Shown here piece after piece: positions 26,425 through 32,000 of a DNA stretch of 32,000 nt. Every line of letters begins with the position of its first letter. Position 1 is the first letter of the stretch. The translations under genes and the position numbers were made by a program. Location of the stretch: assembly GCF_052908145.1 (NCBI RefSeq), contig NZ_CM128602.1, one strand, 5' to 3'. The notes below the pieces were generated by a model, which was not told the DNA's origin, searched no databases, and saw only the letters and a list, made by a program, of their open reading frames with translations.

Positions 26425-27981
26425 TTACTCATCTTCATCGTGCGCCGGTTGCTCTTTAACAATGCGAACCAGATCAACACGATAATCATTGGCTTCAATG
26501 ATGGTGATATGCAGTGGCCCTACATCAATCACATCGCCCACACGGGGAATGTGACCATTTGCCGAGATCACGAGGCCCGCGACCGTCGCGATATCATCGT
26601 CATCGGCAAGGTGCTCAACATCAAGCGCCTGCTGCAAGGCATGCAAATCTGTACCGCCTTTTACCAGCCAGCCGTCACCATCAGTAATGATTTCCGGCGT
26701 TTCGTCAGCGTCCGGGAATTCACCCGCAATGGCTTCCAGCACATCCAGCGGCGTGACCAGACCTTGTACCACACCAAACTCGTTGGTCACGATAACAAAG
26801 CTCCCGCGAGCACGACGCAGCACGCCCAACAGGTTGATCGGATCGAGGGTTTCCGGGACGATAATCGCCGGAGACGCCGAAGCAATCGCCGCCACATCAA
26901 CGCCCTCTTCCAGCGCCACCAGCAGTTCTTTAGCACGTACAATACCGATGATTTCATCCAGTTCACCGCGACATACCGGGAACAGACTGTGCGGTGAAGA
27001 GAGCAGTTGCTCGCGGATTTCATCGACCCCGAGATTAGCGTCAACCCAGCTTATTTCACCGCGCGGCGTCATGATCCCGCGCAGAGAACGCGACGCCAGC
27101 GTCAGTACGCCGTTAATCATGTAACGTTCTTCTTCGGCAAATGCACCTTCCGGGATCGGCATCGGCATCGGGTTATCGGCATCGTGCTGAACATTGGCCT
27201 GACGTTTCCCGCCCATCAAACGCAGGATGGCATCGGCAGTACGCGCTCGCAGCGGCAAAGTCGACTGGTGGCGAATAAAGTTGCGACGCGCAATCTGGTT
27301 AAACACTTCGATGATGATCGAGAAGCCAATCGCGGCATACAGGTAACCTTTCGGAATGTGGAAACCGAAACCTTCTGCCACCAGACTCAGACCAATCATT
27401 AACAGGAAGCTCAGACAGAGCACCACCACCGTGGGGTGCTGGTTAACGAATCGCGTCAGCGGTTTGGATGCCAGCAACATAACCGCCATCGCAATCACTA
27501 CCGCCGCCATCATCACCGGCAGATGGTTAACCATCCCTACTGCAGTAATTACCGCATCCAACGAGAAGACGGCGTCAAGGATGACAATCTGTGTGACGAC
27601 CACCCAGAAACTGGCGTAGCCTTTACCGTGGCCGGAATCATGATCGCGGTTTTCCAGCCGTTCATGCAGTTCGGTTGTTGCTTTGAACAGCAAGAATATC
27701 CCCCCGAACAACATAATCAGGTCGCGTCCGGAGAAGGAGAAATCCATGACGGTAAATAGCGGTTTGGTCAGCGTGACCATCCATGAAATTAGCGACAGCA
27801 GCCCCAGACGCATAATCAGCGCCAGTGATAACCCCAGCAAACGCGCTTTATCGCGTTGTTTTGGCGGCAGTTTGTCAGCAAGAATGGCGATGAAGACCAG
27901 GTTATCGATACCCAGCACAATTTCGAGAACAACAAGCGTGAGTAGCCCCGCCCAAATTGAGGGGTCCATTAAGAATTCCAT
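26425..27981 (-). CDS. yoaE: TerC-family membrane protein with C-terminal CBS pair and CorC/HlyC domains
   Basis: 518 aa starting [30 protein letters not shown] (TerC-type), with a CBS/CorC-like C-terminal half. Convergent with pdeD, only 3 nt apart. Confidence 0.88.
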   Translation of the reverse strand: MEFLMDPSIWAGLLTLVVLEIVLGIDNLVFIAILADKLPPKQRDKARLLGLSLALIMRLGLLSLISWMVTLTKPLFTVMDFSFSGRDLIMLFGGIFLLFKATTELHERLENRDHDSGHGKGYASFWVVVTQIVILDAVFSLDAVITAVGMVNHLPVMMAAVVIAMAVMLLASKPLTRFVNQHPTVVVLCLSFLLMIGLSLVAEGFGFHIPKGYLYAAIGFSIIIEVFNQIARRNFIRHQSTLPLRARTADAILRLMGGKRQANVQHDADNPMPMPIPEGAFAEEERYMINGVLTLASRSLRGIMTPRGEISWVDANLGVDEIREQLLSSPHSLFPVCRGELDEIIGIVRAKELLVALEEGVDVAAIASASPAIIVPETLDPINLLGVLRRARGSFVIVTNEFGVVQGLVTPLDVLEAIAGEFPDADETPEIITDGDGWLVKGGTDLHALQQALDVEHLADDDDIATVAGLVISANGHIPRVGDVIDVGPLHITIIEANDYRVDLVRIVKEQPAHDEDE

Positions 27982-28228
27982 GACAAGCTCCTGCTTAAGG
28001 AATAGCTATTCGACGCCAGAAATAATGCAGGCGTAACGACAAAATGCAAACGAAAGGTGCGGCATAGAGAGCCAGAAAGGTAGGCGTTAAAAGGCCTGAT
28101 GCTGAAATGACGTCGGTGACGATCCATACTGCGGGCTACTGCCCTATACTCCATGGTTGTTAAACGGGAGTTAAACATATCAGAGACGCCTCTGATTTGG
28201 CAAAGATTTACCTTCCTTTGCAAACGAA

Positions 28229-28330
28229 TGTGACAAGGATATTTTACCTTTCGAAATTTCTGCTAATCGAAAGTTAAATTACGGATCTTCATCACATAAA
28301 ATAATTTTTTCGATATCTAAAATAAATCGC
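28229..28330 (+). promoter_or_regulatory. manXYZ promoter/operator region (candidate CRP half-site, inverted repeat, NagC/Mlc-like operator)
   Basis: TGTGA at 28229-28233. Inverted repeat CTTTCGA (28248-28254) with TCGAAAG (28267-28273). T-tract-CG-A-tract element ATAATTTTTTCGATATCTAAAATAA (28301-28325) resembles NagC/Mlc operators. Assignments are tentative. Confidence 0.35.
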
Positions 28331-28443
28331 GAAACGCAGGGGTTTTTGGTTGTAGCCCTTATCTGAATCGATTCGATTGTGGACGACGATTCAAAAATAC
28401 ATCTGGCACGTTGAGGTGTTAACGATAATAAAGGAGGTAGCAA

Positions 28444-29415
28444 GTGACCATTGCTATTGTTATAGGCACACATGGTTGGGCTGCAGAGCAGTTGCTTAAA
28501 ACGGCAGAAATGCTGTTAGGCGAGCAGGAAAACGTCGGCTGGATCGATTTCGTTCCAGGTGAAAATGCCGAAACGCTGATTGAAAAGTACAACGCTCAGT
28601 TGGCAAAACTCGACACCACTAAAGGCGTGCTGTTTCTCGTTGATACATGGGGAGGCAGCCCGTTCAATGCTGCCAGCCGCATTGTCGTCGACAAAGAGCA
28701 TTATGAAGTCATTGCAGGCGTTAACATTCCAATGCTCGTGGAAACGTTAATGGCCCGTGATGATGACCCAAGCTTTGATGAACTGGTGGCACTGGCAGTA
28801 GAAACAGGCCGTGAAGGCGTGAAAGCACTGAAAGCCAAACCGGTTGAAAAAGCCGCGCCAGCACCCGCTGCCGCAGCACCAAAAGCGGCTCCAACTCCGG
28901 CAAAACCAATGGGGCCAAACGACTACATGGTTATTGGCCTTGCGCGTATCGACGACCGTCTGATTCACGGTCAGGTCGCCACCCGCTGGACCAAAGAAAC
29001 CAATGTCTCCCGTATTATTGTTGTTAGTGATGAAGTGGCTGCGGATACCGTTCGTAAGACACTGCTCACCCAGGTTGCACCTCCGGGCGTAACAGCACAC
29101 GTAGTTGATGTTGCCAAAATGATTCGCGTCTACAACAACCCGAAATATGCTGGCGAACGCGTAATGCTGTTATTTACCAACCCAACAGATGTAGAGCGTC
29201 TCGTTGAAGGCGGCGTGAAAATCACCTCTGTTAACGTCGGTGGTATGGCATTCCGTCAGGGTAAAACCCAGGTGAATAACGCGGTTTCGGTTGATGAAAA
29301 AGATATCGAGGCGTTCAAGAAACTGAATGCGCGCGGTATTGAGCTGGAAGTCCGTAAGGTTTCCACCGATCCGAAACTGAAAATGATGGATCTGATCAGC
29401 AAAATCGATAAGTAA
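28444..29415 (+). CDS. manX: PTS mannose-specific EIIAB component
   Basis: GTG start after AAGGAGG. IIA N-terminus IAIVIGTHGWAAE, Ala/Pro-rich linker KAAPAPAAAAPKAAPTPAKP, and a IIB domain with RIDDRLIHGQV. 323 aa. Confidence 0.93.
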   Translation: MTIAIVIGTHGWAAEQLLKTAEMLLGEQENVGWIDFVPGENAETLIEKYNAQLAKLDTTKGVLFLVDTWGGSPFNAASRIVVDKEHYEVIAGVNIPMLVETLMARDDDPSFDELVALAVETGREGVKALKAKPVEKAAPAPAAAAPKAAPTPAKPMGPNDYMVIGLARIDDRLIHGQVATRWTKETNVSRIIVVSDEVAADTVRKTLLTQVAPPGVTAHVVDVAKMIRVYNNPKYAGERVMLLFTNPTDVERLVEGGVKITSVNVGGMAFRQGKTQVNNAVSVDEKDIEAFKKLNARGIELEVRKVSTDPKLKMMDLISKIDK

Positions 29416-29477
29416 CGTATTGTGTTGATTATCACTCAGTTTTCACACTTTAGTCTTACGTAAACAGGAGAAGTACA

Positions 29478-30278
29478 ATGGAGATTACCACTCTTCAAAT
29501 TGTGCTGGTATTTATCGTAGCCTGTATCGCAGGTATGGGATCAATCCTCGATGAATTTCAGTTTCACCGTCCGCTAATCGCGTGTACCCTGGTGGGTATC
29601 GTTCTTGGGGATATGAAAACCGGTATTATTATCGGTGGTACGCTGGAAATGATCGCGCTGGGCTGGATGAACATCGGTGCTGCAGTTGCGCCTGACGCCG
29701 CTCTGGCTTCTATCATTTCTACCATTCTGGTTATCGCAGGTCATCAGAGCATTGGTGCAGGTATCGCACTGGCAATCCCTCTGGCCGCTGCGGGCCAGGT
29801 ACTGACCATCATCGTTCGTACTATTACCGTTGCTTTCCAGCACGCTGCGGATAAGGCTGCTGATAACGGCAACCTGACAGCGATTTCCTGGATCCACGTT
29901 TCTTCTCTGTTCCTGCAAGCAATGCGTGTGGCTATTCCGGCCGTCATCGTTGCGCTGTCTGTTGGTACCAGCGAAGTACAGAACATGCTGAATGCGATTC
30001 CGGAAGTGGTGACCAATGGTCTGAATATCGCCGGTGGCATGATCGTGGTGGTTGGTTATGCGATGGTTATCAACATGATGCGTGCTGGCTACCTGATGCC
30101 GTTCTTCTACCTCGGCTTCGTAACCGCAGCATTCACCAACTTTAACCTGGTTGCTCTGGGTGTGATTGGTACTGTTATGGCAGTGCTCTACATCCAACTT
30201 AGCCCGAAATACAACCGCGTAGCCGGTGCGCCTACTCAGGCAGCTGGTAACAACGATCTCGATAACGAACTGGACTAA
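29478..30278 (+). CDS. manY: PTS mannose-specific EIIC component
   Basis: 266-aa polytopic membrane protein with an AGGAG RBS, sitting between manX and manZ. Confidence 0.92.
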   Translation: MEITTLQIVLVFIVACIAGMGSILDEFQFHRPLIACTLVGIVLGDMKTGIIIGGTLEMIALGWMNIGAAVAPDAALASIISTILVIAGHQSIGAGIALAIPLAAAGQVLTIIVRTITVAFQHAADKAADNGNLTAISWIHVSSLFLQAMRVAIPAVIVALSVGTSEVQNMLNAIPEVVTNGLNIAGGMIVVVGYAMVINMMRAGYLMPFFYLGFVTAAFTNFNLVALGVIGTVMAVLYIQLSPKYNRVAGAPTQAAGNNDLDNELD

Positions 30279-30290
30279 CAGGTGAGCGAA

Positions 30291-31142
30291 ATGGTTGATA
30301 CAACTCAAACTACCACCGAGAAAAAACTCACTCAAAGTGATATTCGTGGCGTCTTCCTGCGTTCTAACCTCTTCCAGGGTTCATGGAACTTCGAACGTAT
30401 GCAGGCACTGGGTTTCTGCTTCTCTATGGTACCGGCAATTCGTCGCCTCTACCCTGAGAACAACGAAGCTCGTAAACAAGCTATTCGCCGTCACCTGGAG
30501 TTCTTTAACACCCAGCCGTTCGTGGCTGCGCCGATTCTCGGCGTAACCCTGGCGCTGGAAGAACAGCGTGCTAATGGCGCAGAGATCGACGACGGTGCTA
30601 TCAACGGTATCAAAGTCGGTTTGATGGGGCCGCTGGCTGGTGTAGGCGACCCGATCTTCTGGGGAACCGTACGTCCGGTATTTGCAGCACTGGGTGCCGG
30701 TATCGCGATGAGCGGCAGCCTGTTAGGTCCGCTGCTGTTCTTCATCCTGTTTAACCTGGTGCGTCTGGCAACCCGTTACTACGGCGTAGCGTATGGTTAC
30801 TCCAAAGGTATCGATATCGTTAAAGATATGGGTGGTGGCTTCCTGCAAAAACTGACGGAAGGGGCGTCTATCCTCGGCCTGTTTGTCATGGGGGCATTGG
30901 TTAACAAGTGGACACATGTCAACATCCCGCTGGTTGTCTCTCGCATTACTGACCAGACGGGCAAAGAACACGTTACTACTGTCCAGACTATTCTGGACCA
31001 GTTAATGCCAGGCCTGGTACCACTGCTGCTGACCTTTGCTTGTATGTGGCTACTGCGCAAAAAAGTTAACCCGCTGTGGATCATCGTTGGCTTCTTCGTC
31101 ATCGGTATCGCTGGTTACGCTTGCGGCCTGCTGGGACTGTAA
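30291..31142 (+). CDS. manZ: PTS mannose-specific EIID component
   Basis: Begins MVDTTQTTTEKKLTQSDIRGVF at the ATG at 30291, preceded by AGGTGAG. An alternative GTG lies at 30282. 283 aa. Confidence 0.9.
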   Translation: MVDTTQTTTEKKLTQSDIRGVFLRSNLFQGSWNFERMQALGFCFSMVPAIRRLYPENNEARKQAIRRHLEFFNTQPFVAAPILGVTLALEEQRANGAEIDDGAINGIKVGLMGPLAGVGDPIFWGTVRPVFAALGAGIAMSGSLLGPLLFFILFNLVRLATRYYGVAYGYSKGIDIVKDMGGGFLQKLTEGASILGLFVMGALVNKWTHVNIPLVVSRITDQTGKEHVTTVQTILDQLMPGLVPLLLTFACMWLLRKKVNPLWIIVGFFVIGIAGYACGLLGL

Positions 31143-31158
31143 GACTGTTGTACACTAC

Positions 31159-31183
31159 CGGGGCCTTTTGGCCCCGTTTTTTT
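31159..31183 (+). terminator. Rho-independent terminator of manXYZ
   Basis: CGGGGCC-TTTT-GGCCCCG followed by TTTTTTT. Confidence 0.88.
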
Positions 31184-31196
31184 ATCTGGAGGATTA

Positions 31197-31655
31197 ATGA
31201 CAATCACGGACCTGGTACTGATTCTTTTCATCGCCGCACTCCTGGCCTTCGCGATCTACGATCAGTTCATCATGCCCGGCCGTAACGGCCCCACCCTGCT
31301 GGCAATTCCTTTGCTCCGGCGTGGTCGCATCGATAGCGTTATCTTCGTCGGATTGATTGTCATTCTTATCTATAACAACGTCACGAATCATGGTGCGTTA
31401 ATAACGACATGGTTATTAAGCGCACTGGCTCTGATGGGTTTTTATATATTCTGGATCCGCGTTCCGAAGATCATCTTTAAACAAAAAGGTTTTTTCTTCG
31501 CCAATGTCTGGATTGAATATAGCCGAATCAAAGCGATGAACTTGTCGGAAGATGGCGTGTTGGTGATGCAATTAGAACAGCGTCGGCTGTTAATCCGCGT
31601 TCGAAATATCGACGATCTGGAAAAAATTTATAAGCTTCTCGTTTCAACTCAATAA
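31197..31655 (+). CDS. yobD: UPF0266 inner-membrane protein
   Basis: 152 aa with three hydrophobic helices and a GGAGG RBS. Recognised as YobD. Confidence 0.88.
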   Translation: MTITDLVLILFIAALLAFAIYDQFIMPGRNGPTLLAIPLLRRGRIDSVIFVGLIVILIYNNVTNHGALITTWLLSALALMGFYIFWIRVPKIIFKQKGFFFANVWIEYSRIKAMNLSEDGVLVMQLEQRRLLIRVRNIDDLEKIYKLLVSTQ

Positions 31656-31662
31656 GTTATGA

Positions 31663-31720
31663 ATTTAGCCAAAGCTATGTTTAGTGTATTTTTAATAATC
31701 AGACATAGCTTAGGCTATAT
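31663..31720 (+). promoter_or_regulatory. Candidate MntR operator(s) upstream of mntP
   Basis: ACATAGCTTAGGCTATAT (31703-31720) is a near-palindrome of the MntR type (AACATAGC-N4-GCTATGTT). A second, partial copy, TTTAGCCAAAGCTATGTTT, lies at about 31664-31682. Confidence 0.45.
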
Positions 31721-31854
31721 TACCTCTTCCCTTATTTGTTATTTATTTTAACGTTTCATTGATATATAGATCTAAATGAAAATCGTTATCAATAAAGCAA
31801 TGAAATAATATATTCCAACAGTTGTTTTATATTCTCAAAATATGTTAAGGTTGC

Positions 31855-31968
31855 GCCCTCATTTGGGGAGTAGCCGATTTCCAGATTCCGGAAATGTACG
31901 TGTCAACATACTCGTTGCAAAACGTGGCACGTACGGACTGAAGACTTTCAGTCAGGCGAGACCATATG
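31855..31968 (+). promoter_or_regulatory. yybP-ykoY Mn2+ riboswitch in the mntP 5' leader
   Basis: Conserved blocks TTGGGGAGTAGCC (31863-31875), TGTCAACATAC (31901-31911) and CAGGCGAGACCAT (31953-31965). The location downstream of yobD matches the K-12 mntP leader. The mntP CDS lies beyond the window. Confidence 0.75.
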
Positions 31969-32000
31969 CACATCAATCGCTATGCCTGCATGAACGCGAA

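Noticed and set aside
29574-30335. 253-aa minus-strand ORF (and many other 60-190-aa antisense or alternate-frame ORFs throughout the track)
   Set aside because: It is entirely antisense to manY, which is confidently recognised. The same reasoning applies to the shadows inside yeaV, yeaW, rnd, fadD, yoaA, sdaA, yoaE, manX and manZ.
31966-32000. ATG codons at 31966 and 31990 as the mntP start
   Set aside because: Their translations do not match the MntP N-terminus I recall (MNITATV...). The mntP leader extends beyond the riboswitch, so the CDS most likely starts after the window ends.

Overview
The window is an Escherichia coli chromosomal segment colinear with the K-12 yeaV-yeaW-yeaX / rnd / fadD / yeaY / tsaB / yoaA ... 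yoaB / yoaC / yoaH / pabB / nudL / sdaA / pdeD / yoaE / manXYZ / yobD / mntP-leader region. Gene names come from recognising the proteins, not from a database search. The exception is about 9.4 kb of accessory DNA (about 10263-19650) between the divergent genes yoaA and yoaB. It is an integrated filamentous (Inoviridae-type) prophage with the canonical Ff gene order: replication initiator, putative ssDNA-binding protein, two tiny hydrophobic proteins, major coat protein plus terminator, Gly/Ser-repeat adsorption protein, pVI-like, Zot/pI-like ATPase, pIV-like secretin. An AT-rich cargo gene follows, encoding a membrane-anchored DUF2726-like (nuclease-fold) protein. The first gene of the element is an IS110-family DEDD recombinase whose stop codon lies 2 nt before the replication gene. 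Its 171-nt non-coding leader contains two exact 9-nt segments. One is complementary to the chromosomal arm left of the left junction, the other to the prophage arm left of the right junction, and both arms abut the same TTTG tetranucleotide. I read this as a candidate bridge-RNA-guided integration module that mobilises a whole filamentous phage. That reading is an inference and needs folding, comparative and experimental tests. The rest of the window looks like ordinary core genome with known regulatory elements: the rnd UUG start with upstream hairpin and U8 tract, a FadR operator, and MntR boxes plus the Mn2+ riboswitch ahead of mntP. No rRNA, tRNA or CRISPR array was seen.
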